Shown here: positions 1 to 16,694 of the stretch, piece by piece
How the letters are laid out: each line of letters opens with the position of its first letter
Position numbering within the stretch: the stretch's first letter is position 1
NCBI GenBank assembly: GCA_964016885.1
Contig: OZ024755.1
Coordinates: forward strand, 8,494,001 to 8,558,000
DNA: 64,000 nucleotides
Direction: 5' to 3'
Origin: Eledone cirrhosa
Lineage: Eukaryota
The notes under the pieces: model-generated
Databases searched by the model: none
Seen by the model: only the letters and a program-made list of their open reading frames with translations
What the model was told of the DNA's origin: nothing
Position numbers and translations under genes: made by a program

Positions 1-872
1 TAATTTTAAGATTAACTGTGTTGAGAATGTGTTTGTTCGCAATTCCAAACTCACTGTTGGAGGGTTTGATTAAGATAGCTAACTACATTTCTATGCACTT
101 TAAGAAGATATACTTAGGCGCCAGTAAGACGAAAATCGGAAATTAAGTTAATATCGTCTTATATATAACATTATTTTACTATAGAGGAAATATATTTGTC
201 TCAAACGATAATAATTTTCTAGAATTAAACAATGTATCTCTGAAACTATTTAAATATTTTGATATGCTACAGTTCATTGTCTTTTGTAATAGATAAGCAA
301 TAAGTTTAGAATTATCATTCTATTTAACTTAACAATATTTTACTTTCTGTTTTCCTAACAACATAATTCATGTTTTATCAAGTGTAACTAAGTGCACATG
401 AAGAAGTGAAGATGTTTCTAATATAATAGTTGAAGCTCACTAGATATTTCTACACATTTATGAAGATTTCTGTAAAAGAAATATAGCAGTTAAAACAAAT
501 ATAGGTGTCGACTAGAAAAGAAGAATATACTAGACTTATTTTAAAAACCATTATTACTCTGGTTTTAAAATTAATGTAAATGGGAAAGTGAGTATTGTAT
601 TGGAAAATGTGAAATGTTGGAAAAATCTTTCCTTGAGCTCATCACAATTCGATCTTTACGCTACTTGTTTTGTATCAGTTTTTTCACATGCTCTTCTATT
701 CCATAAAAGGGTTATACTAAACAATGTGGAAGATGTGATGATATGAATGTGTCAGGAGGCTCATCTATTCGATTCTTCTATTCGTCTATATACAATATGA
801 TATGGGGTGACATGGGTTAATCTTTCAGGGTGAAAGAGCTGTATACATATACATAAATATCCATACCCTCCA

Positions 873-875
<3 letters not shown>

Positions 876-919
<44 letters not shown>

Positions 920-1112
920 TATCTATATATATACACATATCTATATATATATATACACACACATATCTATATATACACACATATCTATATATATACACAC
1001 ATATCTATATATATACACACATATCTATATATATACACATATCTCTATATATATATACACATATCTATATATATACACATATCTATATATATACATACAC
1101 ATATCTATATAT

Positions 1113-1143
<31 letters not shown>

Positions 1144-1158
1144 CACATATCTATATAT

Positions 1159-1189
<31 letters not shown>

Positions 1190-1790
1190 CACATATCTAT
1201 ATATATACACATATCTATATATATACATACACATATCTATATATATACATACACATATCTATATATATATACACATATCTATATATATATACACATATCT
1301 ATATATATATACACATATCTATATATATACACATATATATATATATACACACATATATATATATACACACATATATATATATACACACATATATATATAT
1401 ACACACACACACATATATATATATATATACACACACACATATATATATATATATTTATACATTTATATATATATATATATACACACACACATATATATAT
1501 ATATATTTATACATTTATATATATATATATATACATACATTTATATATATATATATACATATACATACATTTATATATATATATATATATATATATTTAT
1601 ACATTTATATATATATATATACATACATTTATATATATATATATATTTATACATTTATATATATATACATACATTTATATATATATATATATTTATACAT
1701 TTATATATATATACATACATTTATATATATATATATATTTATACATTTATATATATATACATACATTTATATATATATATATATTTATAG
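876..1790. repeat. Compound (TA)n microsatellite (CACATATCTATATA units grading into ACATTTATATAT units)
   Basis: Read directly from the sequence. Confidence 0.95.
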
Positions 1791-2387
1791 ATTTAAATAA
1801 AATATGAATTCATAAAGATGGATTAATTTTAAAATGATTATTTAAAAATGCTCCGAAGTTCGATTAATCAATACACATTTGGATCGATTACAGAAAAAAA
1901 TTTATAAAACATTTGTATATAATTTCAGTGTAGAAATCACTTTTTTTCTGTACGGTCAGTGTATCTTATTAGTATTAGGGAATAAACAAGCCATAATGTC
2001 CCAGAAGGGTTCATCATCCACATGCGAGAGTACAAGATTAAGAAATGTCAATCAATTTTAATAATCACATTTGTGCGAGCTAATTCAATATTCGTTGATT
2101 GATTTCATGTCAGCTTACTTATGGGTTCGTTGACTTACAGCAGAAAACTTTATCTAATTGTTTGAAGAGGAATAATGCACGGGGGTGTTTCTTGCCTTTA
2201 CTTCTGCAGACTCATGCACATGTGCATAATTTACTCAGTAATGCATCTTAATGCCATTCGTCATTTCTAGCAATTATCGTTAATTTTACATTCTACGTAG
2301 CCAGCCATAAATATGACAACATTTACAAATGAAAGTAGCAATATCAAATCCACCCGCTTAATGATTAAAATGTTATTTTAAAACAGT

Positions 2388-2614
2388 TATATAGTTTGGC
2401 TACGTTATATAGCGCCTGACTTATTGGGTAGCTATCTTGTCTAGTGCCTGAAATATAGTGTAGCTACTACGTTATACAGCACCTGACATTGTGTAGCTAT
2501 GTTGTATAGCGTCTGGAATATAATGTATCTTCATTGTATCGCATATGGCATATATTGTCGCTATGTTTTATAGCGTCCGACATTTAGTGTCGTTATGTTC
2601 TATAGCACTCGACA
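2388..2614. repeat. Degenerate ~33-bp tandem repeat, about 7 copies
   Basis: Recurring 'gtagctatgttatatagcgcctgac'-like unit; further remnant near 2850-2900. Confidence 0.7.
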
Positions 2615-3283
2615 TAAATCATCGTCGTTGCCTTGTCCTCGTTTCCGAGTATATTTCTTTTATATTTCCTCATTTATAGCAATGCAGCTGTTGGCCGGAA
2701 AAGCAAAGCTTTGCATTGAAAAATTGTCCACAAGAAACGCAATCAATAGTCAGGGGAAGCCTTGGATGGAGTTGGTGAATCTTTCATCGTAGCCTTTTAT
2801 ATTCTTCAATTCTTTGGCGATGTTGTTCAAAATATTCTGATCTGATCTTGATATATATTATATAGTGCTGGACATATTATATAACTATCTTCAATAGCGC
2901 TTAAAAACAGCGGAGATATGTACTACCAATAACAGTAAAGTAAGTGCTTACAAAGTATGGAGAACGCTATAACTTTAAGTAATACAATAAAAGCTGAGTG
3001 TCAGGAAGAATTTTAGTATTTTTTTATTTTCAACTTAAACTCTTCAGTAAATGATTTGTTCAGCTTGACAAAAACATTGCTTCGCCACATGATGGCTTAA
3101 TCCGATGATTTCAATTATAAATACACTTATACATATAGAGACAGTGAGATAGGGAGTAAGTGTGTGAACCAGTGTCTGTGTGTATGTATAGCCACAATTG
3201 AATATCAGAAGCCAGTAAAAGAAGTAAAAGTTTATAGATGCTTAGGTTCATTTCCATCCAACCTGCTGCAGAGTTATTCATAG

Positions 3284-5635
3284 ACACACACACACATATA
3301 TATATATACATATACATATATATATACATATACATATACACATATATATACACATATACATATACACATATATATACACATATACATATACACATATATA
3401 TACACATATATAAACATATATATATACATATATACACATATATATACACATATATAAACATATATACATATACATATATACACATATATATACATATATA
3501 CACATATATATATATATACATATATACACACATATATATATACATATATATATACACATATACACATATATATATATACATATATACACATATATATATA
3601 TACATATATACACATATATATATAGACATATATACACATATATAGACATATATACACATATATATACATATATATATACATACACATAGATATATATACT
3701 TACACATATAGATATATATACATACACATATAGATATATATACATACACATATATATACACACATACATATATATACACATACATACACACACATATACA
3801 CATATATATATATACATATAAACATATACACATATATATATACACACATATACATATACACACATATACATATACACATATATATATATACACATATATA
3901 TATATATACACATATATATACGCACATATATATATATACACACATATATATATATACACACATATATATATATACACACATATATATATATACACATATA
4001 TATATATATACACATATATATATATATATATATACACATATATATATATATACACATATATATATATATACACACATATATATATATACAGACATATATA
4101 TATATACACACATATATATATACACACACATATATATATATACACACATATATATACACACATATATATACGCACATATATATATATACACACATATATA
4201 TACGCACATATATATATATACACATATATATATACACACATATATATATACACATATATATATACACACATATATATATACACACATATATATATACACA
4301 CATATATATATATACACACATATATATATATACACACATATATATATACACACATATATATATACACATATATATATACACACATATATATACACATATA
4401 TATACACACACATATATATACACACATATATATACACATATATATATACACATATATATACACACATATATATACACACATATATATACACATATATATA
4501 CACACATATATATACACACATATATATACACATATATATATACACATATATATATACACATATATATATACACATATATATATATATACATATATATACA
4601 CATATATATACACATATATATACACACATATATACATACATATATACATGCATACCTATATACATACCTATATACATATATATATACATATACATATATA
4701 CATATACATATATATATACACATACATATATACATATACATATATATATATACACATATATATACACATATACATATACATATATACATCCATCCATACA
4801 TACATCCAACGATATATACATACATATATACAGACATATATATATACACATATATATACACATATATATACACATATATATACATATATATATACATATA
4901 TACACACATATATATATATACATATATACACACATATATATATATACATATATACACACATATATATATATACATATATACACACATATATATATATACA
5001 TATATACACACATATATATATATACATATATACACACATATATATATATACATATATACACACATATATATATATACATATATACACACATATATATATA
5101 TACATATATACACACATATATATATATACATATATACACACATATATATATATACATATATACACACATATATATATATACATATATACACACATATATA
5201 TATATACATATACACACATATATATATATACATATACACACATATATATATATACATATACACACATATATATATATATACATATATACACACATATATA
5301 TATATACATATATACACACATATATATATATATACATATATACACACATATATATATATACATATATACACACATATATATATATACATATATACACACA
5401 TATATATATATACATATATACACACATATATATATATACATATATACACACATATATATATATACATATATACACACATATATATATATACATATATACA
5501 CACATATATATATATACATATATACACACATATATATATATATATACATATATACACACATATATATATATACATATATATATATACATATATATACACA
5601 TATATATATATACACACATATATATATATACATAT
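3284..5635. repeat. Compound (TA/CA) microsatellite with a ~26-bp unit in 4900-5620
   Basis: Read directly; unit cacacatatatatatatacatatata. Confidence 0.95.
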
Positions 5636-5994
5636 AAATTAGAAGATATATAGCTTTCACCATATTAATGACTAAAGGAATTTTAGCCTGATAATGGGGT
5701 TTAGAACCCTCGGATAAATGGAAAAAGATGAGTATTGTCTGACATGGGAGTCGAACCCACATCTTTGGTTATCGCGACCACTGTGCTACCATTACACCAA
5801 CACATCACCCATCTCTTTCCATTTAAATTAGAAACTACATTTTTAACGAGTTTAAATGGCAAGTAAGTATGTTTTGAAACAGTGAGCAGGTTTGAAATTA
5901 GAAAATATATAGCTTTCACCGTATTTTTGACTAAAGGAATTTTAGCCTGATAATGGGGTTTAGAACCCTCAGACAAATGGAAAAAGATGAGTAT
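5636..5994 (-). mobile_element. Short element with ~100-bp terminal direct repeats enclosing a tRNA-like domain, inserted in (TA)n (family G)
   Basis: Direct repeats 5636-5735 and 5895-5994 (period 259); TA-rich runs on both sides. Confidence 0.75.
5736..5806 (-). promoter_or_regulatory. tRNA-derived Pol III promoter / pseudo-tRNA
   Basis: Minus strand: A box TGGTGTAATGG, D-stem gtgt/gcac, anticodon-like stem tggt/acca, T-arm gtggg-TTCGACT-cccat; acceptor stem not intact. Confidence 0.75.
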
Positions 5995-6032
5995 ATATAC
6001 ATTTATATACACTCATATACACTATATATACA

Positions 6033-6106
<74 letters not shown>

Positions 6107-6979
6107 CGTATGTATATATATATATAAATATATATATGGATGTGTTTGAAAGAGAGAAAGAAGATAGGGTAAAGAAATCGAGATAGTATAAATGAAATAG
6201 GATATACGAACGAGCGGTAATACAAGTAGGAGAATGAAAAATAAAAGGAAATACCGAAAGAATAATTGAACGGAAGACAGAGGAGATAAACGAAATAAAA
6301 ATTTATGAAGGAAAAGCACCCATAAAATATATATGAGACAGGCGTTATTTTCATGCAAACATCATACTTTATTCGTATTTACTAAAACACAACATCGTAT
6401 CTTTCTATTACAACACGACAGCCATTGTGGTAACTAATAAGGAATTTATTATACCTTGCACCACGAAGAAAACAAACAAGCAAACAAAGTAGAGAAATAA
6501 CAGAGGAAGGAATGAAAGAGTAAAAGAGCGAAAGAAAGAGTGAACGAACGAATTAAAGAATGAAAGAACGAAGGAAGGATTCAAAGCATTGAACGAAGGA
6601 GGAAAGGAAGAAAAATTCAAACGAAATTAATGATATATATATATATATATACATATATAATGTATATATATAGAGAGAGAGATTAGACAGTAATACACAA
6701 CACATCCACACATTTTAGTATTGCAATACATATCTACACTATTCAATATTACAAAACTCATCTACACATGTCTCTATAAGTGAACACAACACATCTCTCG
6801 ATTACAAACCATTTACACACCTTACAATTACCAAAATATATCATTTGCCTTTCATCATTACTGAGTAGAAAAATTAAAGTTCCAGTAACGCTCTGGGATC
6901 CGATTTAATCGATTTCCCCACCCTCGCTTGAGATTGCTCACATTGTAACAAAAGTAGAAAATATTATTACAAAACACAA

Positions 6980-7182
6980 GGGTGGGACATTGCCGGGATT
7001 GGTAGAGTGTCAGACAAAATGCTTTACGGTATTTAGTTATGATTTTCTGCGTTCTGAGTTCAAATCTAGTCGAGGCCAACTTTATCTTTCATCCCTCCGG
7101 AGTCGATAAAAGAAATAGTTAAGTACTAATCAACTTGCCTCTCTTATTCAATTGCTGGCCTTGATCATAATGGAGAATTATT
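6980..7182 (+). mobile_element. tRNA-derived SINE (family S1), older diverged copy
   Basis: B box gagttcaaatc, core 'tttcatcc...gtcgataaaa', tail 'attgctggccttg'. Confidence 0.8.
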
Positions 7183-7644
7183 TATTACAAAGCATACAAT
7201 TACGAATTTCTCTATCATAAATCACACACACACACACACACACGTCAACACACGTTATAATGACAAACCATCGGCACACCTACACATCTCATTATTGTAA
7301 GACACACACATTGCTATTATAAAACATATGCACACACATGTTGCTATTACAAAACACACACACGCACATGTTGTTATAACAGAACGCATATACACACATG
7401 TTGCTATTCGAAAACACACCAGCAAACATCTCTCCAATGTAAAGCCTCACTTAGTAATTGTTGTAACTAATCTCTAGTTTATTATAGTTTCTGTTGAGAT
7501 ATCCGTCTCATGCGGTAGATGATATAATGGAAACTTCTCTTAAATCGATTTTATTACATTCAGTTTATATTTAAGAGGACATTGGCTTTTAGTGTAGAAA
7601 GGAACTTGTATGGCTAAATGGAGTTGTAGCAACATACTATCGTT

Positions 7645-9181
<1,537 letters not shown>

Positions 9182-9368
9182 GAAGAGGGAGAGAAAGAGT
9201 GAGTATGTGTGTGTGTGTGTATGTGTGTATATGTGTATGTTTCTGTATGTGTTATATGTGTATGTTTGTGTGATTCTAAGTGTTATTGTAAACCGTTTTA
9301 GTATGAATGAATGTATATTTGTTTTGTCTTTCATTAGGGGGATTTTCTTAGAAACACACACAGAGAAA

Positions 9369-9422
<54 letters not shown>

Positions 9423-9683
9423 TACGTGTGTATGTATATATGTGTGTGCGTGTGCGTGTGTATTCTTACATGTATGCATTGATTGAGTAAAATAATGTTT
9501 CTTTGTGTTAGCATATTTACATTCGCTTATATGAAGGTTATTTAGTAAAGTCATATAAATATGTGTGTATGTGTAGCAACGTACAGCGCTCTTTATTTCA
9601 GTTTGAGTATGTGTAGAGCTTATTGACGGTACACACCAACGTGTATATACGAAGTGTGTTTCAAACATATATGTATATATATA

Positions 9684-10131
9684 TACAATATTAAATAAAT
9701 GGAAACTATATTTATAAAACCATATTTATTTCCTTATATATATTTCGGGGATAACATATTAACAATATGCTATGCCTTCCTCAGACAAAATACAATATAA
9801 ACAGTTTTATAGATAAATAGATTCGACATACCATAATAACACCGACTTGCATTTGAAGAGGTTAAACTGGCAAATGCAAGTCGGTGTTATTATGGTATGT
9901 CGAATCTATTTATCTATAAAACTGTTTATATTGTATTTTGTCTGAGGAAGGCATAGCATATTGTTAATATGTTATCCCCGAAATATATATAATGAAATAA
10001 ATATGGTTTTATAAATATAGTTTCCATTTATTTAATATTGTAAATATACTCCAAATATTTGTCGAGTGCTTTTATATCAGTTATAAATATTTACTAGTTG
10101 TAACCCAACAATTTTAAATATAACTTTCCAT
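9684..10131 (+). mobile_element. Fold-back PLE/retrozyme-like element, family A copy 1
   Basis: 172-bp inverted arms 9684-9855 / 9871-10042 (1 mismatch seen), 15-nt loop, unpaired tail 10043-10131, TA runs on both flanks. Confidence 0.85.
9934..9999 (+). ncRNA. Type-I hammerhead ribozyme motif
   Basis: tattttgt-CTGAGGA-stem II (aggcatagcatatt/gtt/aatatgttatcccc)-GAAA-T-ATAT-A-TA-atgaaata; stem I is 8 bp including 2 G-U; predicted cleavage after 9991. Confidence 0.75.
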
Positions 10132-10298
10132 GTATATATATATATATATATATAAACCTTTGTGACACTAAGAAATATTGCTAACATGAATTTATGTACA
10201 ACATTATCCAATCCTGAATGTAGAGGTGTTCATTCATACTCACACTAACAATATCAAGTAAAAAAAAAACATAAAGTATTTTAAATAAAATATATAAT

Positions 10299-10476
10299 AT
10301 TTTCTACTTTTGGCACAAGGCCAGCAATTAACCAGTGCATTACTGGTACTTTATTTTATCGACCCCGTAAGGATGAAAGGCAAAGTAAACCTCGGCGGGA
10401 TTTGAACTCAGAATGGCAAGGGCCGTAACTATGCGTCAAAGCATGGCGTCCGACCCTCTACCGATACTGCCAATCC
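10299..10476 (-). mobile_element. SINE S1, near full length
   Basis: Matches the other S1 copies; TSD atatataat at 10290-10298 and 10477-10485. Confidence 0.9.
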
Positions 10477-10683
10477 ATATATAATGAAGCATTGAAATAA
10501 TATAAAAAATGATCCCAGAAACTTGAAAAAGCGTGGAGTGGATCATTCTACCCAGCGTTCAAAAGTGTGGGATGGTGTGAAAGACTTCCAGCAAAACATT
10601 TACTAAGTTAGCTACAGAAGATACCTAACGGAGCTGTCTAAAATGAACCCACTCTAACTCAAATCTCACCATTATTTCAGTTC

Positions 10684-10781
10684 GCCGAGGTTGACTTTGC
10701 CTTTCATCCTTACGGGGTCGATAAAAAAAAGTACCAGTAATGAACTGGGTATTTGCTGGCCTTGTGCCTAAAGTAGAAACA
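10684..10781 (+). mobile_element. SINE S1, 5'-truncated
   Basis: 13-bp TSD attatttcagttc at 10671-10683 and 10782-10794. Confidence 0.9.
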
Positions 10782-10955
10782 ATTATTTCAGTTCCATCTG
10801 ATAACAAAATATTGGCGGTTCTATAATATGCAATAGCCTATATTCAAGACTTTCAGACTCTTCAGATATTTCCTCTGAAACTATATTCAACTCAACCAAA
10901 CAAGTGAATATTTGTAAACATGACAGGGACGATTAGAATTAACAATAGGAATCGC

Positions 10956-10989
<34 letters not shown>

Positions 10990-10992
<3 letters not shown>

Positions 10993-11228
10993 ATTTGCTA
11001 TTCCTTTATTGTTGAATTGATTAACGTTGTATATTCTGATGCCTTTGAAATGCGCATAAAAAGACTATATAATAACAGAGGGTGTATACATAAATCCGTC
11101 TTTCTTCTTTATTATATTGATACTCAGTCGGATACTTTATAGATAATACCTTAAGGTACCCACGCCGTGAAGTGTACTGTCGGTCGATTAACTGAGAGCA
11201 ACTAACGTTTCTTTACTTGAAATAACTA
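10990..11228 (+). mobile_element. TA-embedded short element with a degenerate HHR motif (about 11031-11062)
   Basis: CTGATG-ccttt-GAAA-T-GCGC-A-TA; stem III is palindromic, A9 and stem II are damaged. Confidence 0.45.
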
Positions 11229-12201
<973 letters not shown>

Positions 12202-12537
12202 CTGAACGAGTATAATTCTATGCATGCGACGAAGCAGTATATATATATATATATATATTGTTTCAGATGATCCCGATAATATATGGAGAAATATATATAC
12301 ACATATATATATAGAGAGAGAAATAGATATACATATGTATGATTGTGTGTTTCTGTGTGTATATGTATGTGTATGTGTGTACACACACAAATTTAACAAT
12401 TGCAGCAAAGATTTTGGAAAAAAAATATTGATTAGATAAAGATCAAAGTCAGAACTGGACCCAGTGCTAAAAAAATATTCTGCCAATAATTCCATGAACG
12501 AAAAAAATAATGAAGACTCGTTAAATAAGAGAGAAAA

Positions 12538-12636
12538 TCGTGTGTAACCTTTAAAAGACTGCCGGAAGTGTATATCATAGATGGGATATCGGAAATTGAA
12601 AGAAAAAAAAGACACTGATGTAAGGATTTTTTTTTT
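12538..12636 (+). repeat. Local ~95-bp dispersed repeat (partner at 13499-13588)
   Basis: Shared 'ccggaa...agatg..atatcggaaattgaaa...cactgatgtaagg'. Confidence 0.7.
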
Positions 12637-12752
12637 TCATGTTTTCGTTCGTAACAAAAAATATAAGAACGAAAAAATCTAACAAATCTATTGTAATCTA
12701 ACATTTCTGCACGTGTGTGCTAGAGAACGAACATATGTTTGCGATGTAAGAT

Positions 12753-12799
<47 letters not shown>

Positions 12800-12805
<6 letters not shown>

Positions 12806-12872
12806 TAACAGATTAAAGTTTAAGCAAAGAATCGCTGCTTATCGAGCCCTCTTTGGATTTTAGTCTTCAAAT

Positions 12873-12887
<15 letters not shown>
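12800..12887 (-). mobile_element. TA-embedded family F, internally deleted copy
   Basis: Starts ttaaaataacagattaaagtttaagcaaagaatcgctgctt, identical to the 16279 and 18711 copies. Confidence 0.8.
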
Positions 12888-12905
<18 letters not shown>

Positions 12906-13341
12906 TATACATATTGATATTAGTTTAACACTGGTGTGAATTGTTTTTTTAACGTTTCGTATTTATTGGTACTTCAAATATCTTTTCAGACTACGATGGA
13001 TTCATATTGATATCAGTTTAACGCTGGGGGGAAACGCGGGATATTTTTTTTATTTTGTTTACATAAATGTTGTTGTTTTTTTTCTTACTTATTGATCCTT
13101 CAGCAAAAAACAGAGAGAAAGAGAAAGGAGGGAAAACAAAACTGAAATAAAAGCTAAAAGTAAAAATGTTAACACACGTGAGAGCATACATGTGCACACA
13201 CACACAGACATACAGACACACACATATATATGGGTGTGTGTGTGTGCGTGTAAAGCATATATAGGTGTATATACCTATATAAATATATATGCGTATATGT
13301 ATGTATGTAAAAGGCAAACAGAAATAACACAATCCGTACAG

Positions 13342-13372
<31 letters not shown>

Positions 13373-13668
13373 GGGGGGGGGGCGTGTACGTGTATGTATG
13401 CCGTGTGTGTATGTGTGTGTATGTGTGTGTAGGTGCACGTGTGTCAGAGTGAGTGTGCGTATTCAGAAGGAATCTAAAGAGGTGAATAAGACAGTCCGTC
13501 GTGTTTAACTCATAAAAGTGTTCCGGAAATCTATATTACAGATGAAATATCGGAAATTGAAAATCACTGATGTAAGGTTATTTTTTTAGGTGAGAAGCGT
13601 AACATTAAAAAGATATTTTGTAATCTCGTGTAACTACACCTTTGTGTGTGTGTGTGTAGGTGTAGTTG

Positions 13669-13671
<3 letters not shown>

Positions 13672-13745
<74 letters not shown>
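13672..13745. repeat. (GT)n microsatellite
   Basis: Read directly. Confidence 0.95.
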
Positions 13746-13753
<8 letters not shown>

Positions 13754-14050
13754 TGCGTGTGTGCGTGTGTGCAATAGATAATGAACATATATTCGATGTC
13801 TCCATTAGAATTACTGGGAAACATACATACCAAATTGAAACATACATTACTAATTCAAACACTCACAATGCAGATATATTTATGAGTTATAAATGTAGGA
13901 TAGAATTGTAGTGGATAGTTTTGAGGCATTTTAACCTGCTAGATCCAATGCCTCTCCAAAGATAAATAAAACTTATTTATTCCAAGGAACTGTTAGGAAA
14001 CTAAAAAAGAGACACAGAAAAATTACCCCAAATCTAGATCACTATGTTAC

Positions 14051-14243
14051 CGGTGGATTGGCAATTTCGGTAAGGGGAGTTTCAGTCAGACGCCATGCTT
14101 TGAAGCAAAGAGTTACGGCCCTTTATGGTCTGAGTTCAAATCCCGCGAGGTTAACTTTGCCTTTCATCCTTACGGGGTCGATAAAATAAAGTACTAGTAA
14201 TACATTGTGATAATTGCTGGCCTTGTGCCAAAAGTAGAAACAA
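14051..14243 (+). mobile_element. SINE S1, full length
   Basis: ggtggattggc head, B box gagttcaaatccc, tail ccttgtgccaaaagtagaaac. Confidence 0.9.
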
Positions 14244-14372
14244 CTATCTTATTCGCTCCGAAAGATGAAAAGCCAAATTTGAACTTGGTTAGTCTCTATA
14301 TAAATTCATCATGATCAATCAACCCTTTGAAACGATCGTAACAAGGAATTTAGGCTTTTGTTTTCATTGTTC

Positions 14373-14423
<51 letters not shown>

Positions 14424-14736
14424 ACCACCACCACACCACCACCACCACAGCACATCACACGATACTACACTACACCCCCACACCCACACAGACGTGTTTA
14501 TGTGAATGCATCTGTTTGGCAGAGTCTACTGACTGAAAGAAGTACAAGAGTATAAAGAGTATATATGTGTGTGTAGAGTGTGTGTGTATGTGAGAGAATG
14601 AGGAAGATATATATATATATATAGTTATATAAATCAATGTATGTAGAGACACCCATTGTATTCCAATATACATTTTAGTTTTGCTAAAATGCTGATTCCT
14701 TACATAATAAAACTAACTCACAAGTCTTTATTCTTT

Positions 14737-14779
<43 letters not shown>

Positions 14780-14786
14780 ATATTAT

Positions 14787-14827
<41 letters not shown>

Positions 14828-15907
14828 ATTTATATTATATTATATTATATATATATATATATATACACACACAATGATTATATTGATATTATATATATAT
14901 ATATATACAATGATTATATATATATATACACACACCACTATGAGTATATATATATATATACACAAGTGATATATATATATATATATACACAATGATATAT
15001 ATATGCATCATTGTATATATATATATATATACTAACACACACTCACACACTGTGCAGAATTCCTTCCCTATATTCGTAATGCATTATTTCCTATACACTA
15101 ATGCAAAGCCATTTTGATTGTAATAGCCTAATATGAAAAAAGTAAGTAATACGTAACACAAAATATATACCTAAACTATATACCAGCATTGGGTAAGAGA
15201 GGGTATAAAAGGAAAGTATTCCATTCCTAATGAAAAAAGTAACAGCCAAATCTGAGACTATTTCTCGAAATTAGGTGAGAATAACGTAACAGGGTGGAAT
15301 GGAAGTGTATTTTTTATTTTGTCGTTCATTATATATTTACATTTTATTTATTTTCTCCTCTCATTACTACTAGTAGTAGTAATAGTAGTAGTAGTAGCCT
15401 CCACTTCCAGAATGATCCATATGAGTTGCTTTGCTTGTTTTATTGTGTTACCAAAGTACATAACACAGGAATTTTCTCCGGATAACAAAATAATCAGAAT
15501 TTCAGATAGATTTAGCCAACAATGGCTTACTTCAAATTTAGATACATTGGCGGTTTTCTCAGAAGCTTCGAAAGATAAGAGAAATAAAAGCTCATAAAAT
15601 AAACAACTGAAACTCGAAATGTAATGAGATCAAAATGCAAAGTAGAAAATGAAATGAAAAAAATGTATTATTTTTTATTTTAACTCGAATTAACTAAATG
15701 ATAAATATCTTATATTGTACCAATTTTACCAAAATAGTTCCTGATTATATCTGGCAATGACCCGACTACACAATCAATAGCTTAATGGCTATAGATGAAT
15801 ATATTACATCTGAAGGTATCTGTAGTTATATTATATTTTTGAGCCAGGAATTCATATATAAATATATATATATCATATACGTCTATGAATATATGTGTGT
15901 GTGTGTG

Positions 15908-15940
<33 letters not shown>

Positions 15941-16278
15941 GTTTATGTATATGTGTGTGCCTATATATATATATATATTTTATATGTATATATATATTTA
16001 TATATGTATATATATCACTTGACTAACTAACTTTTGAAATGTTTGCGCACCAACGCAAATAACCATAAAAATTGTTGATTACTACTATACATAAAGGAGG
16101 AGAACATCAGATACTCTGATTAAAAAGACAACAGGAAGACGCCTTCCTTCTCTAGAAGAACTTTACCCAATTTTCTGTAATATTATTTATAGTTTTGTTG
16201 ATAGCGATCGATTATCAATATGGCCAATTGCACTGGGACGCACATTTTACATTCCGTGTATATATATATATATATATA

Positions 16279-16422
16279 TTAAAATAACAGATTAAAGTTT
16301 AAGCAAAGAATCGCTGCTTTCACCCTTAACGGGATCTTCTGAAAATAACATTTAAAACTGTTACTTTAATAAATATTTGTTCTACGGTTCTTCAAATTTA
16401 TTATTATTACTATTATTATTAT
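16279..16422 (-). mobile_element. TA-embedded family F copy
   Basis: First ~65 nt identical to the 18711 copy; ends ttcaaatttattattatt like the 12800 copy. Confidence 0.8.
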
Positions 16423-16694
16423 TAATATATATATATATATACACACAAAGATAAAGAATAACACTGTAAAAATTGCTATTACTTTAAGTGTGTTGTATAA
16501 ATTAGAAATATTTTAATTATTTGAGGTTAGAGGGTCTGCTTCCGTATCTATTGCTTTTCTCATTGAAATGAGAGATAAAGACCGAATCGGAGAGGCAAAT
16601 ATCTAGTCTACAAACTGAGTTTGAAAACTTGAAGGTGTTTCTACCTCTCCTGGTCTCTTCCACTTTTTATCCCTCTCTTTATATATATATATAT

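Noticed and set aside
5736-5806. Functional tRNA gene
   Set aside because: Acceptor stem does not pair and the anticodon loop is non-canonical
9684-10131. Classical MITE or foldback DNA transposon interpretation
   Set aside because: Inverted repeats are not terminal (a fixed unpaired tail remains), single-arm copies exist and the arms contain HHR motifs; disfavoured but not fully excluded
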